A DNA stretch of 64,000 nucleotides from Oxalobacteraceae bacterium (GCA_027490255.1 JAIXYM010000038.1:6233-70232); one strand, 5' to 3'. Positions 10,703 to 21,904 are shown, counted from the first letter of the stretch. The notes: generated by a model from the letters alone, not told the origin. Numbers and translations are program-made.

Positions 10703-11689
10703 TCAGATACGTGCCAAAACGGCGCCCCAGGTAAAGCCGCCACCGACGGCTTCGAGCATGATGTGCTGTCCGGCCTTGATGCGGCCATCGCGCATGGCCA
10801 CATCCAGTGCCAGCGGAATTGATGCAGCAGAAGTATTGCCATGCTGGTCTACCGTGACCACCATTTTTTCCATTGGCAATCCAAGCTTTTTGGCTGTGCC
10901 CTGCATGATACGAATATTGGCTTGGTGCGGAATCAGCCAGTCAATCTGCGAGGCTTCCATTCCAGCGATCTGCAGGACTTCGTTGGCCACTTTCTCGAGG
11001 ACAGATACCGCCAGCTTGAATACTGCCTGACCATCCATGTAAAGAAAGGCACTACCAGCAATCGCACCACCCTGAACAGCGCCGGGCACACATAAAATAT
11101 CCGCGTGACGACCATCAGCATGCAGACGCGTAGCCAGCACACCCGGCTCGTCCGAAGCCGCGAGCACAACTGCACCGGCACCATCACCAAACAAGACGCA
11201 TGTGGTTCGATCATTGAAATCAAGAATGCGCGAGAACACTTCAGCCCCGATCACGAGCACGCGCTTATGCATACCGCAGCGGATGAAATTGTCAGCTACC
11301 GACATCGCATAAACAAATCCGCTGCATACTGCTTGCACATCGAGTGCAGCGCAATCATTGGTGATGCCAAGCTTGCGCTGAACGACGCACGCTGTGCTGG
11401 GAAAGCCACCAAGAAAATCGGGAGTAGAAGTTGCAACGATAATGAGATCGATATCGTCCGGCTTGAGTCCGGCCATATCGATAGCGTGACGCGCGGCGGT
11501 CGCACCCAGATCACTGGAGAGCACACCATCATCAGCGAAGTGTCGCGCGGAGATACCGCTGCGAGAAACAATCCATTCATCCGATGTATCAAGACCTCTG
11601 GCCGCCAAAAGCGTTGTCATGTCGTGATTGCTCACGCGCCTTGGGGGCAAACAGCTGCCCGTACCTACAATGCGAGTGTATTTACTCAT
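10703..11689 (-). CDS. fabH: 3-oxoacyl-ACP synthase III
   Basis: [32 protein letters not shown]. Confidence 0.97.
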   Translation of the reverse strand: MSKYTRIVGTGSCLPPRRVSNHDMTTLLAARGLDTSDEWIVSRSGISARHFADDGVLSSDLGATAARHAIDMAGLKPDDIDLIIVATSTPDFLGGFPSTACVVQRKLGITNDCAALDVQAVCSGFVYAMSVADNFIRCGMHKRVLVIGAEVFSRILDFNDRTTCVLFGDGAGAVVLAASDEPGVLATRLHADGRHADILCVPGAVQGGAIAGSAFLYMDGQAVFKLAVSVLEKVANEVLQIAGMEASQIDWLIPHQANIRIMQGTAKKLGLPMEKMVVTVDQHGNTSAASIPLALDVAMRDGRIKAGQHIMLEAVGGGFTWGAVLARI

Positions 11690-12750
11690 GCCGTTTTCTG
11701 TTGATTGATCTCTAGAGAGCTGTCTGGCTGAGGCATCAGCTCGGCAATCGAGGTTTCGATACGCGACAGCACATCATGTCGGGCCGCCTCATAAGCACGT
11801 CGTATCGCCCATTCGAAGCCATACGCACTTTCGCCGCCATGACTTTTGAATACCAAGCCACGCAAGCCCAACAAACTTGCGCCATTGTAGCGGGAGGGGT
11901 TGAGACGTTGTGAGATTCGTTTGAGTGCCCGTTGTGCAATGAGTGCGCCCAGCATGTTGATCCACCCCTTGCGCAATTCGCTGACCATCACGCCTTTGAT
12001 CAAGCGCCCCAGACCCTCGGCGGCTTTCAGAGTGACATTGCCTACGAATCCATCGCAGACGACGATATCAGTGGTGCCTTCGAAAATGTCATTACCTTCA
12101 ACATTACCGTAAAAATTAATTAAGCCTTTTGCGTGATCAGCACGCAGTAACTCCGCCGTTTGCTTGACCAGTTCATTGCCTTTGATATCTTCTGCACCGA
12201 CATTGAGAAGACCGACGGTGGGCCTTGCGTGACCTTCGACAGCGGAAACCAGTGCTGATCCCATCAACGCAAACTGATGAAGGTGCAGAGGCTCGCAGTC
12301 AACGTTGGCGCCCAGATCAAGGACGTACGTGGGACCGTCTTTCTGGTTGGGCAGTATCGTGCAGATAGCGGGGCGGTCGACGCCGGCGATAGTTTTTAAT
12401 ACATAGCGGGAGACCGCCATCAACGCACCGGTGTTACCAGCGGATACGCAGGCTTGCGCCGCACCGTCTTTCACCATGGTGATCGCAACTCGCATCGAGG
12501 AATCTTTTTTTCGGCGCAATGCGACTTCAAGCGAGTCGTCCATTTCCACGACTTCCTCGGCGTGCACTACTGACAGTCTTGGATGGTTGGCAGCGCCTAG
12601 CTTCTCGAGCTCGGCGCGCACCAGAGTCTCACGGCCTACAAGAAGCATTTCAACGTCGGGAACGCTGTTGGCAAATGCGAGTGCAGCGGGAACAGTAACC
12701 TTCGGGCCGTGGTCGCCGCCCATGCAGTCAATGGAAATTCTGATTGTCAT
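11686..12750 (-). CDS. plsX: Phosphate acyltransferase PlsX
   Basis: [42 protein letters not shown]. Confidence 0.97.
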   Translation of the reverse strand: MTIRISIDCMGGDHGPKVTVPAALAFANSVPDVEMLLVGRETLVRAELEKLGAANHPRLSVVHAEEVVEMDDSLEVALRRKKDSSMRVAITMVKDGAAQACVSAGNTGALMAVSRYVLKTIAGVDRPAICTILPNQKDGPTYVLDLGANVDCEPLHLHQFALMGSALVSAVEGHARPTVGLLNVGAEDIKGNELVKQTAELLRADHAKGLINFYGNVEGNDIFEGTTDIVVCDGFVGNVTLKAAEGLGRLIKGVMVSELRKGWINMLGALIAQRALKRISQRLNPSRYNGASLLGLRGLVFKSHGGESAYGFEWAIRRAYEAARHDVLSRIETSIAELMPQPDSSLEINQQKTA

Positions 12751-12919
12751 GATCCGGAGTAGTATTTTCTGACCGGATTCGGGTGCGAGTCACTCATTCG
12801 AGGACCTGACCTTGTCGATAGGCTTGCACATGAAAAAACTGCGCGAGGCAAATTCAGAGCGTGTATCAATGTGCTTCTGGTCGCGTCGCGCTGGTTTTTA
12901 TGGTTACCGCGTAGACAAA

Positions 12920-13102
12920 TTACTCGTCGTTCTTGGTCTTCAAGACCTTGCGACCGCGATAAAACCCATTCGGGCTGATATGGTGACGCAGATGCGTCTC
13001 GCCCGTGGTGGATTCGACGGCCAGCGGTGGCGATGTCAAAAAGTCATGCGAACGATGCATGCCGCGCTTGGACGGGGTTTTTTTGTTCTGTTGGACAGCC
13101 AT
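12920..13102 (-). CDS. rpmF: 50S ribosomal protein L32
   Basis: [20 protein letters not shown]...[17 protein letters not shown]. Confidence 0.97.
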   Translation of the reverse strand: MAVQQNKKTPSKRGMHRSHDFLTSPPLAVESTTGETHLRHHISPNGFYRGRKVLKTKNDE

Positions 13103-13186
13103 GGCTTACTCCTGATTCGATGAGTTCAAAATTTTAACATAGGGTAAGTCGGTTACTGCCATATAGCCAAACCGACAATACTGCAA

Positions 13187-13675
13187 CTATTTGAGTTTTT
13201 TCAGTACTGCAAAGGGCGATTCCGCCTTTTCCGCGCCGGATGTCGGCACATCGCCCGGACATGTCGTATGTCGCGGCGACAGAGGCAAGGCCAGTAATGC
13301 CTCATCCTCGACCAGCACCATCAGGTCCTGAGATGTCGATCCGACAATAACATCCAGACTATCATCATCAAGACGCGCTTCAATTTCGTCAGCGTCCGCC
13401 TCATCTTTTGCCAACAACAACGTCGATGTGGATGCCATCTGGTGCGCCATGGGAGACAAACAACGCTGACATACCAACTGAATCTGTCCACTGACGTTCA
13501 GCAGTAGCTGCGGAACACCCGCTGCATGCCTACCTCCGGCAATCACCCAGTCCAGCGTGCCGGCCGAACTGGCCAGCTCGGCCGAGAGTCTTGCAAATTC
13601 AACAACCGGCACTTGTCCGGATGACTGCTGCTGCTGTTTGCAGAACTCGAAGCTGTCGACGATCTTGGCGCTCAT
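13187..13675 (-). CDS. yceD: YceD/DUF177 family protein
   Basis: LVCQRCL, LVEDEALLALP..PRH..C and SPFAVLKKLK; sits upstream of rpmF; start MSAKIVDSFEF at 13675. Confidence 0.88.
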   Translation of the reverse strand: MSAKIVDSFEFCKQQQQSSGQVPVVEFARLSAELASSAGTLDWVIAGGRHAAGVPQLLLNVSGQIQLVCQRCLSPMAHQMASTSTLLLAKDEADADEIEARLDDDSLDVIVGSTSQDLMVLVEDEALLALPLSPRHTTCPGDVPTSGAEKAESPFAVLKKLK

Positions 13676-13778
13676 TGCAGCGGAATGCTTCGGAAAACCA
13701 GCTATGATAACAGGGTTTATTCCAGATTCCCATAGTGGACTGGCCAATTTATTACCCTCTCCCGCCCATTTGTCCGTA

Positions 13779-14387
13779 ATGCCACCCCAGCACCCTCCCC
13801 GACTGATTCTGGCCTCGGGCTCTGCCTACCGGCGAGAGCTATTGACCCGCTTGAGGCTGCCTTTTGAGGTGTTGCCACCCGACCTGGACGAGACGCCCAT
13901 CGCCGGCGAGACGCCGCCCGATACTGCGCTGCGGCTCTCCCAAGCGAAAGCCGAAGCGGTGGCCAATCAGATTGGTCCGGCGCTAGTGATCGGTTCAGAT
14001 CAAGTCGCGACCCTCGATGGCGAACATATCGGCAAACCAGGAAACCACGAGCGCGCTCTTGAGCAACTCAAAAAAATGCGTGGCCGAGATGTGATTTTTC
14101 ACACGGCACTCTGTTTGCTCGACAGCCGGCCGGACGCAGAACACAGTTTGCAACTGACGAATATTCAGACAATCGTTCGCCTGCACAACTTGCCCGATAA
14201 CGAGCTCGATGCCTACCTGAGAATTGAGCAGCCTTATGACTGTGCTGGCAGCGCAAAAAACGAAGGCCTCGGCATTGCACTTATAGAGAGTATTGATAGT
14301 AACGATCCAACGGCATTAACGGGATTGCCACTGATTGCACTGACGAACATGCTGCGACGGGCTGGCGTCGTTTTTTTTGGTAGCTGA
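13779..14387 (+). CDS. maf: Maf-family nucleoside triphosphate pyrophosphatase (YceF-like)
   Basis: LILASGSAYRRELL, VIGSDQVA, IGKPG, YDCAGSAKNEGLG; ATG at 13779. Confidence 0.92.
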   Translation: MPPQHPPRLILASGSAYRRELLTRLRLPFEVLPPDLDETPIAGETPPDTALRLSQAKAEAVANQIGPALVIGSDQVATLDGEHIGKPGNHERALEQLKKMRGRDVIFHTALCLLDSRPDAEHSLQLTNIQTIVRLHNLPDNELDAYLRIEQPYDCAGSAKNEGLGIALIESIDSNDPTALTGLPLIALTNMLRRAGVVFFGS

Positions 14388-14391
14388 AACG

Positions 14392-15126
14392 ATGACAGGT
14401 ACGCTTTTTCTCATCCCTAATAGCCTAGGTGCTGGCGCCCTGGATCACGTAATCACTGCCGATGTCCGAGCAATCACGGCCGATCTGGATTACTTCATCG
14501 CCGAAAACGCAAAAACGGCGCGCGCCTTTCTGAATCAGGTTGCCCTAACTCACCCGCTGCGTGTGCGTCTGCAGGATATCGAGATACGCGAGTTGAATGT
14601 AAAAACACCTGCATCGGCACTGCCCGATCTTCTGGCGCCATTGATGGCGGGACGTAACGGTGGACTGGTATCAGAGGCAGGCGTGCCGGCCGTCGCCGAC
14701 CCCGGAGCAGATCTGGTTCGGATTGCCCATGAGCGTGGCATCCGCATACGTCCGTTGGTAGGACCCTCATCCATTCTGCTGGCTTTGATGAGCAGTGGAC
14801 TGAGTGGACAGAATTTTGCATTCAATGGCTATCTGCCCACAGATGCCACCGAGCGTGCCACCCGTATTCGCCAGCTGGAGCAGCGCTCCAAACAGGAGCA
14901 GCAAACACAGATATTTATCGAAACGCCCTACCGCAATGAAGCTTTGCTGCAGGCGCTCAGTACTCATTGTCAGCCAGGGACGCAGATCTGCATTGCGACG
15001 CATCTCACGCTGGAGGACGAGTTCATCCAACGCATGTCGGCACAATCATGGAAGCGTGAGCTTGCGGAAAACCGTATGCCGGATTTCCGCAAAAAACCCA
15101 CTGTGTTTCTGATACTCGCTTCCTGA
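14392..15126 (+). CDS. SAM-dependent tetrapyrrole-methylase-fold methyltransferase (RsmI-like)
   Basis: GTLFLIPNSLG, VSEAGVPAVADPGA, PLVGPSSILLALM.SG, FIETPYRN. Confidence 0.85.
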   Translation: MTGTLFLIPNSLGAGALDHVITADVRAITADLDYFIAENAKTARAFLNQVALTHPLRVRLQDIEIRELNVKTPASALPDLLAPLMAGRNGGLVSEAGVPAVADPGADLVRIAHERGIRIRPLVGPSSILLALMSSGLSGQNFAFNGYLPTDATERATRIRQLEQRSKQEQQTQIFIETPYRNEALLQALSTHCQPGTQICIATHLTLEDEFIQRMSAQSWKRELAENRMPDFRKKPTVFLILAS

Positions 15127-15148
15127 AATCGGTAGTATCTACAGCGCT

Positions 15149-16132
15149 TCAGCGCACCTTAAGGGCTTCGACTGCCAGCACTTTCGCTGCGGACTCGCCC
15201 ACCGCAGCTCCGAATTTTTTCAAGACCCGGTCGGACAGCCCTTCACGAACGGTGTAGTCAATAATATCTTCTGCCTCGAGCACATCACGAGCGACACTGT
15301 TGACAGAACCAAGGCCATCAGCCAGTCCAATCGTAATCGCATGACTGCCCGTCCAGAATAGCCCAGAGAAAATCTCGGGTGACTCTTTGAGTCGCTCGCC
15401 TCGACCTGTGCGCACTGCACGAATGAACTGCTGGTGAATTTCCTTCAGCATCATCTGCGTGAATTCTTTATGTTTGGGATTTTCAGCAGAAAACGGATCG
15501 AGCAGTGCCTTGTTTTCACCAGCGGTCATCAGTCTGCGTTCAATACCGAGCTTATCCATCAATCCTTTGAAGCCGAAACTGCTCATCAGCACACCGATCG
15601 ATCCCACGATACTCGCCTCACTAACATAAATCTTGTCGGCCGCCGCTGCAATGTAATAACACCCAGAAGCACACATATCCTCAACGACGACATACACCGG
15701 TTTTTTGGGATACATTTTTTTCAGTCGCATGATCTCGTCATTGACGATCGCGGATTGCACGGGACTTCCGCCCGGACTGTTCATGCGCAGAATCACACCG
15801 ACCGATCCGGGATCATTGAAGGCCTCGTTGAGCGCGGGCAGTATCGAATTGACGGATGCATTGGCACTACTGGAATCAATCTCGCCATCAATTTCGACGA
15901 GCGCAGTATGTCGCGCGCTATCTTGCTTTGAGGCTCCCCTGAAATCAAACGCAGCCCATACAGCGAACAGCGCAACGCCGACACCCACAAAACGGAAAAT
16001 ATTCCGCCAGCGCCGACCAATACGTTGCTCTTTCAAAATTTCCTGCGCGAGCTTCTCGAGCGCGACATATTGGGGTGGCACGGGAGGCTGGGATGCGGGC
16101 TCAGTACCGCTGTCAGTGGTTGGGTCGTTCAT
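15149..16132 (-). CDS. S49 family (SppA-like) peptidase
   Basis: LRMNSPGGSPVQS, DMCASGCYYIAAAAD, SIVGSIGV. Confidence 0.92.
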   Translation of the reverse strand: MNDPTTDSGTEPASQPPVPPQYVALEKLAQEILKEQRIGRRWRNIFRFVGVGVALFAVWAAFDFRGASKQDSARHTALVEIDGEIDSSSANASVNSILPALNEAFNDPGSVGVILRMNSPGGSPVQSAIVNDEIMRLKKMYPKKPVYVVVEDMCASGCYYIAAAADKIYVSEASIVGSIGVLMSSFGFKGLMDKLGIERRLMTAGENKALLDPFSAENPKHKEFTQMMLKEIHQQFIRAVRTGRGERLKESPEIFSGLFWTGSHAITIGLADGLGSVNSVARDVLEAEDIIDYTVREGLSDRVLKKFGAAVGESAAKVLAVEALKVR

Positions 16133-16209
16133 CGCGCGTGTTTATCGTTAACTATTTTAATGAAATGAAACGTAAAAAACGTCTCTATTTTTTGCTCAAA
16201 GGGCTCGCT

Positions 16210-16596
16210 TCAGGCGCGGGTCGCACTGATGCTCTCATCCGGCAACCAGAAAATCTGATTATCTCGTTCGATCACCTGCAGTGGCTGGAGCTTTCCCCCG
16301 CGGCACGGTCCACCAGCACAATGGCCCGTATCCGGTTCATACAGCGCACCATGGGTTGCGCACATCAGGTACAAACCGCTGGACTCGAAGAACTCGCCCT
16401 CTGTCCAGTCCAACTCCATCGGCACATGCGCGCAACGATTCAGATAAGCATAAGGCTGCTGACCATAACGCACCACGAATGCAATCGCATCTTCACCATA
16501 AGCAGTCACCGGAAAGCGTATACCTTTGCCACCGTCCGAAAGTGCATCAGCGGCGCAGATAAATATTTCCGTGCTCACGCATGCTCCGTCAACCAC
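16210..16596 (-). CDS. Rieske 2Fe-2S ferredoxin
   Basis: NRCAHVPMELD (CxH) and CATHGALY (CxxH). Confidence 0.92.
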   Translation of the reverse strand: MVDGACVSTEIFICAADALSDGGKGIRFPVTAYGEDAIAFVVRYGQQPYAYLNRCAHVPMELDWTEGEFFESSGLYLMCATHGALYEPDTGHCAGGPCRGGKLQPLQVIERDNQIFWLPDESISATRA

Positions 16597-17234
16597 TGAT
16601 GAAGCGTTGGCACCGAATCTGCGCCGAACAGCGGACTAAGCGCCTCAAGCTCGTGCGCAGGATGTGCGCCGTAGTGAACGCCGATAGCCGCCGCACCCGC
16701 ATTGGTGGCCATTTGCAGATCATGCGTGGTATCGCCGATCATCACGGTGCGTTTCATATCTTGCCCGAGCTCGCGCGTAATTTCCTGGAGCATGGCGGGA
16801 TGCGGCTTGGAGAAAGTCTCATCGGCACAGCGGGTCGAATCAAACAGCGACATCAGCCCCGATGTATTGAGCGCACGATTCAGTCCGACCCGGCTTTTAC
16901 CCGTAGCCACGGCCAAAAAATATCCCTGCGCTGCCAAATCCTGCAGCATTTCGCGCGCGCCATCAAAGAGGGTCAGGCTTTTGTCCTGCGAAAGATAATG
17001 GTAGCGATAGCGTTCCACCACGCGCGGATAGGATTTGGGATCCAGACCTGGCAAAACGACCCGCATTGCATCTTCCAACCCCAGACCAATCACATAAGAC
17101 GCAGCGCGATGATCCGGCACGGCCAGCCCGAGATCGCGTGCAGCCGCCTGAATGCTGGCGACAATGGTCCCCGTACTATCCATGAGGGTACCGTCCCAGT
17201 CGAATACGATCAGGTCAAATTTTTTTCTGGGCAT
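16575..17234 (-). CDS. HAD-IA family hydrolase (phosphoglycolate phosphatase-like)
   Basis: IVFDWDGTLMDS, AVATGK, SKPHPAML, MIGDTTHD. Confidence 0.92.
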   Translation of the reverse strand: MPRKKFDLIVFDWDGTLMDSTGTIVASIQAAARDLGLAVPDHRAASYVIGLGLEDAMRVVLPGLDPKSYPRVVERYRYHYLSQDKSLTLFDGAREMLQDLAAQGYFLAVATGKSRVGLNRALNTSGLMSLFDSTRCADETFSKPHPAMLQEITRELGQDMKRTVMIGDTTHDLQMATNAGAAAIGVHYGAHPAHELEALSPLFGADSVPTLHQWLTEHA

Positions 17235-17303
17235 GGGAGGCAGCTCTTACCAGGGTCTTGCTTTCAATCTGGATGTAAGGAGTCATAAGGTTGGCGTCAG
17301 CCA

Positions 17304-18311
17304 TCATCCTATCGGTTCAGCTGCGGCTGCGCCATCAATTCCTATGCCCTTGAGAAATTGTTGACATTCTGTCGGCAGTCTCGACTCCAGCGCGATGCCA
17401 GCACCGGTGGCAGGATGCTCGAATTTCAGCCGAAATGCGTGCAAGAACATGCGCTTCAATGCCGGCCTTCCGGGTTCCGCTTTTTGCAACTGCCGATTGA
17501 GACCAAAATCACCGTATTTGTCGTCGCCAGCGATCGGAAAACCCGAAGAGGCCAAATGCACCCTGATCTGATGTGTTCGGCCTGTTTTCAGCTCGGCCTC
17601 CAGCAAGGCATAACCCGCACACTGGCGCACCAGATTGAAGATGGTATGCGATGGCATGCCGTCCGACTGAACACGCACCCGCCGCTCTCCGTCCGGGGTG
17701 GTGTATTTGTGCAGCGGCAGGCGCACATGCTGGCGGCGATTGGGCCAGACACCGCTGACCATGGCCAGGTAGCGTTTATCCAGCAGCCCGGCACGAATCT
17801 GCTCATGCAATGAGGTCAGGGCGCTGCGCTTTTTTGCCAGCATCAGGATGCCCGAGGTTTCGCGATCCAGCCGATGAACCAGTTCCAGAAAAGGCGCGTC
17901 CGGACGTGCGGCGCGCAGCTGCTCGATCACCCCGTAACTGACGCCTGAGCCGCCATGGACAGCGACGCCGGCTGGCTTGTCGATGACCAGCAGATGACTG
18001 TCTTCGAAAAGCACGGCAAATTCAGCGCCAGGGACATGCACCGAGCTTCGCTCGGCAAGGCGCATGGGCGGGACGCGGACCGTATCCCCCTCTACCAGCC
18101 GATAAGTCTGCGCTATGCGTCCTTTGTTGACCCGAACCTGCCCGGAACGCAGCACCTGATAGATATGGCTTTTCGGAACACCCTTGCAAATTCTTAGCAA
18201 AAAGTTATCGATGCGCTGACCGGCATCGTCCGGCCCTATGCTGAGCAGGCGAACGCTGGGTCCCTCAGTGGCCAGGGGGGGACTGAGATCGGGATTCGCG
18301 GCGGTCGTCAA
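17304..18311 (-). CDS. rluC: 23S rRNA pseudouridine synthase RluC
   Basis: GQRIDNFL S4 domain, KPAGVAVHGGSG, VHRLDRETSG, TGRTHQIRVH. Probable TTG start at 18311 with SD AGAGGG 5 nt upstream; the frame stays open back to ATG 18422, so the start is uncertain. Confidence 0.9.
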   Translation of the reverse strand: MTTAANPDLSPPLATEGPSVRLLSIGPDDAGQRIDNFLLRICKGVPKSHIYQVLRSGQVRVNKGRIAQTYRLVEGDTVRVPPMRLAERSSVHVPGAEFAVLFEDSHLLVIDKPAGVAVHGGSGVSYGVIEQLRAARPDAPFLELVHRLDRETSGILMLAKKRSALTSLHEQIRAGLLDKRYLAMVSGVWPNRRQHVRLPLHKYTTPDGERRVRVQSDGMPSHTIFNLVRQCAGYALLEAELKTGRTHQIRVHLASSGFPIAGDDKYGDFGLNRQLQKAEPGRPALKRMFLHAFRLKFEHPATGAGIALESRLPTECQQFLKGIGIDGAAAAEPIG

Positions 18312-18442
18312 TTCAACCCTCTGCTCATAGCCCGCAGCTGAAAGTCGGGCGAACCGACTGACAGACATAGAGAAGCCAGGGAGCAGCGCAAGCCGGCCCC
18401 GGTCATACTTTTCCTCATGCAAACCTTCCCTAAGTCCTTCAT
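18308..18442 (-). CDS. Putative 44-aa uORF (MKDLGKVCMRK...) coupled to rluC
   Basis: ATG at 18442; its TGA overlaps the rluC TTG start as TTGA. Translation is not shown. Confidence 0.3.
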   Translation of the reverse strand: MKDLGKVCMRKSMTGAGLRCSLASLCLSVGSPDFQLRAMSRGLN

Positions 18443-19041
18443 TTTGAATATATAATCAGTTCGGCGAAATAGTTTCGCTGAATGTGCTTCAACGAAAAAA
18501 GCCATTCTACACAGGGGCGTCTCCATCGGCCTCGCCCGTTTTGCAAATTCGATGGAAGAGCTGTGTATGCATTATTCCTGCGCCGTCAGGGTCGCACCCG
18601 AGATGTGATCGGACAGTGCGCTGGAATGATGGAACAGTAAGCCTGAAATGTAAGGATTAGTCTGGCAAGCCGCTCATGGTTGAGAGGCTCGCTGGCAGAT
18701 GTGACTGATTTTTTTGCCCGACTTGCCCATAAACAGATTTGAACGCCCAATGACTGAATTTACCGCCCACACTCTCAGCAAGCAGCCCACTGCGGCGGGC
18801 TTGCGTGTGTGTGCAGATTCGGTCCCGGCGAATTCGATCGTTTAAAGCAAGCAGCAAGCCGCCAGTTTCATCCGCGCCCTGTGGGTGCGTGCGTTGTTAG
18901 TTGTGCGCACCACTCACGTCACGGCAATACTCCTCCCCCAGGCTTCCGTTCTCCGCATACATCCCATGACTTTGCAGCGCAATGAGGCGTTTTCCGCCAC
19001 GCGCTGCAAACATCGGCCCTCACCGGCCGCGGAGCCATAAA

Positions 19042-21828
19042 ATGAAACGCATGCTGTTTAATGCCACGCAACAAGAAGAATTGCGCGTGGCCATCGTCAA
19101 TGGGCAAAAGCTCATCGACATCGATATCGAGACCACCGGTCGCGAACAACGTAAATCCAATATCTACAAAGGCGTCATCACACGCATCGAGCCCTCGCTC
19201 GAAGCGTGCTTCGTCAACTACGGCGAAGAACGTCATGGATTCCTCCCATTTAAGGAAGTCGCTCGCAGCTATTTCCGCGAGGGTGTTGATGTACGCAACG
19301 CCAGCATCCGCGATGCACTGCGCGAAGGCCAGGAAATCATGGTGCAGGTTGAGAAAGAGGAGCGCGGCAACAAGGGTGCCGCTCTGACCTCGTTCGTTTC
19401 CCTCGCCGGCCGCTATCTCGTGCTGATGCCTAACAATCCGCGCGGTGGCGGCGTGTCTCGTCGCGTCGAGGGCGAAGACCGTCAGGAACTGCGTGAAACC
19501 ATGGACAAGCTGGATCTGCCTCAAGGCATGTCCGTCATCGCGCGTACCGCCGGTATCGGCCGTAATGTCGATGAGCTGCAGTGGGACCTGAACTACCTGA
19601 TGCAATTGTGGAGTGCCATCGACGGCGCCAGTAAATCCGCCTCGGGCGCTTTCCTGATTTATCAGGAATCATCACTCGTCATTCGCGCCATCCGGGATTA
19701 CTTCCAGCCAGATATCGGTGAAATCCTGATCGATACCGATGACATCTACGAACAGGCGCAGCAGTTCATGAGCCATGTCATGCCCGACATGGTTCAGCGT
19801 GTGAAGCGCTATCGCGATGATGTGCCGCTGTTCTCGCGTTTCCAGATCGAACACCAGATCGAAAGTGCGTATTCACGCACCGTTGCCCTACCCTCGGGTG
19901 GCGCGATAGTCATTGATCACACCGAAGCACTCGTGTCTGTGGACGTCAACTCGGCCCGTGCCACACGCGGCAGTGACATCGAAACCACAGCGTTCAATAC
20001 CAATCTCGAAGCCGCCGATGAAGTGGCCCGCCAGTTGCGCTTGCGCGATCTGGGTGGCCTGATCGTGATCGACTTCATTGATATGGAGAACTCCAAAAAC
20101 CAGCGCGAGATCGAAAACCGTCTGAAAGATGCGCTCCATTACGATCGCGCGCGCGTTCAGATGGGCAAGATCTCCCGCTTCGGCTTGATGGAACTCTCCC
20201 GTCAGCGTCTGCGTCCGTCATTGTCCGAGGGCAGTCACGTGACTTGCCCGCGCTGTAACGGCACCGGCCACATCCGTGATACGGACTCCTCGGCATTGCA
20301 AGTCCTGCGCATCATTCAGGAAGAGTCAATGAAGGAAAACTCTGCCGCGATTCATGTTCAGGTGCCGGTCGACGTTGCTGCCTTCCTGCTCAATGAGAAA
20401 CGCGGTGAGATTCTGAAGATCGAAACCCGTCATCGCGTCAACGTCGTGCTGATCCCGAACAAGCATCTCGAAACACCGCACTACAAACTCGAGCGCCTCA
20501 AGCATGATGACCCTCGTCTGGACGCCATGGCTACCAGCTATGCGATGGCGGAAGAGCCCGACACGGATGTGGGTTACAGCAAACGCAAACAGGAAGAAAG
20601 CAAGCCCCGACAGGAAGCGGTGGTCAAGACCATCACGCCCGATCAGCCTGCACCCATCGTCGAACGCCGTGAGCGCGCAACTACTGCCAGCCCGGCTGCC
20701 GATGAAGCGGCCGAGGGTTTCCTCTCGCGTCTTTTCGGCTTGTTCCGTAAAAAACCCGGCGCACCGGCGGAAGCAGACTCGACTGCCAAATCACCTTCAC
20801 GTGAACGCAATGATCGCGGTGGCCGTTCCGGTCGTGGCCGTGGTCGCGGCGGTCGCGGTCGTGACAAACAAGAAGAGCGTCCAAGCGCAGAGGCAAAGCC
20901 TCCCAAAGAGCAGCGCGAGCCGAAAGTAGCCAAGGAAGCGCGTGAACCTAAAGAGGCAGCTAACCAGCGCCAACCTAAACCACCGCGCGAGCCACGCGAA
21001 CCACGCGAAGCCGGTGAAGGACGTCAACGTCAGGCACGCGCTCCTCGCGAGGAACGTAAGCCAGCACAGGCTGATGAAGTAGTCTTGGCGACATCGGTCA
21101 CGGGTCTTGACCACGAGGCGGTTCAGACTGATCTGCTCTCGCCACAAACCGAAGGTGGCGCGGTCGAGAATGGCGAAGATGCACCACGTCGCCGCCGTCG
21201 TCGTGGTGGTCGCAACCGCAATCGTCGCGACCGTACGAATGGCGAAGCAATGTCAGGTGATCAGGACGGCGAATTCGCTGAGGGTGGCGATGGTGCCGAT
21301 GGTACCGAGACGACTCAGTTTTCGGAGAGCTCGCACGTAGTTCACGCCTCACCGACATATCAAGAGCAGCCGGCACCGCAACCGACATCGGTTCATACCG
21401 AGGCACCTGTAACAGCTGCGCCTGTCGCAATCCCCGCAGCAACCGAGATGGCGGCCACTGCATCTGTCATGCACACCACGCCGGAAGCAAGCCCCGTGTC
21501 AGAGCCAGTTGCAACGAATCAGACTGTTGTCCATCACGTTGAAGTGCCGGCTGTCCAGCCTGAGCCTGAGACCGCGCCGGTTCAGGCGCCAGCAGCTGCA
21601 AGCGTCATGCAAGCGACACCAAAGCCCGCTCAACAACCCAGCTCGACCGACATCGATACGCTGCTTCGGGAAGCGGGATTGATGATGGCAGTCACTGATC
21701 CGGAAAAGCTGCGCGCGGTGCAAGCCGCCAGCGAAAATGTGACGCCGACGACGCGTGTACCACGCGAGCGCAAACCCGCGGCGCCGGTATCTAACGAGCC
21801 ATTGGTTCAGGTGGAAACGCAGCGCTGA
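19042..21828 (+). CDS. rne: Ribonuclease E
   Basis: MKRMLFNATQQEELRVAIV, S1 domain, DVNSARAT, GGLIVIDFIDM, CPRCNGTG, and an Arg/Glu/Pro-rich disordered C-terminal half; ATG at 19042. Confidence 0.97.
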   Translation: MKRMLFNATQQEELRVAIVNGQKLIDIDIETTGREQRKSNIYKGVITRIEPSLEACFVNYGEERHGFLPFKEVARSYFREGVDVRNASIRDALREGQEIMVQVEKEERGNKGAALTSFVSLAGRYLVLMPNNPRGGGVSRRVEGEDRQELRETMDKLDLPQGMSVIARTAGIGRNVDELQWDLNYLMQLWSAIDGASKSASGAFLIYQESSLVIRAIRDYFQPDIGEILIDTDDIYEQAQQFMSHVMPDMVQRVKRYRDDVPLFSRFQIEHQIESAYSRTVALPSGGAIVIDHTEALVSVDVNSARATRGSDIETTAFNTNLEAADEVARQLRLRDLGGLIVIDFIDMENSKNQREIENRLKDALHYDRARVQMGKISRFGLMELSRQRLRPSLSEGSHVTCPRCNGTGHIRDTDSSALQVLRIIQEESMKENSAAIHVQVPVDVAAFLLNEKRGEILKIETRHRVNVVLIPNKHLETPHYKLERLKHDDPRLDAMATSYAMAEEPDTDVGYSKRKQEESKPRQEAVVKTITPDQPAPIVERRERATTASPAADEAAEGFLSRLFGLFRKKPGAPAEADSTAKSPSRERNDRGGRSGRGRGRGGRGRDKQEERPSAEAKPPKEQREPKVAKEAREPKEAANQRQPKPPREPREPREAGEGRQRQARAPREERKPAQADEVVLATSVTGLDHEAVQTDLLSPQTEGGAVENGEDAPRRRRRRGGRNRNRRDRTNGEAMSGDQDGEFAEGGDGADGTETTQFSESSHVVHASPTYQEQPAPQPTSVHTEAPVTAAPVAIPAATEMAATASVMHTTPEASPVSEPVATNQTVVHHVEVPAVQPEPETAPVQAPAAASVMQATPKPAQQPSSTDIDTLLREAGLMMAVTDPEKLRAVQAASENVTPTTRVPRERKPAAPVSNEPLVQVETQR

Positions 21829-21904
21829 TTCAAGATCGTTTAACTGTTTTGTTTCGGTTTTCGATAAACGATCTTTGATCCTCTCTCTCGGAGAGATGCT
21901 CGTA

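Noticed and set aside
20800-21800. Repetitive EPRE/RRR/PA-rich tracts in rne
   Set aside because: These are expected features of the disordered RNase E C-terminal scaffold.
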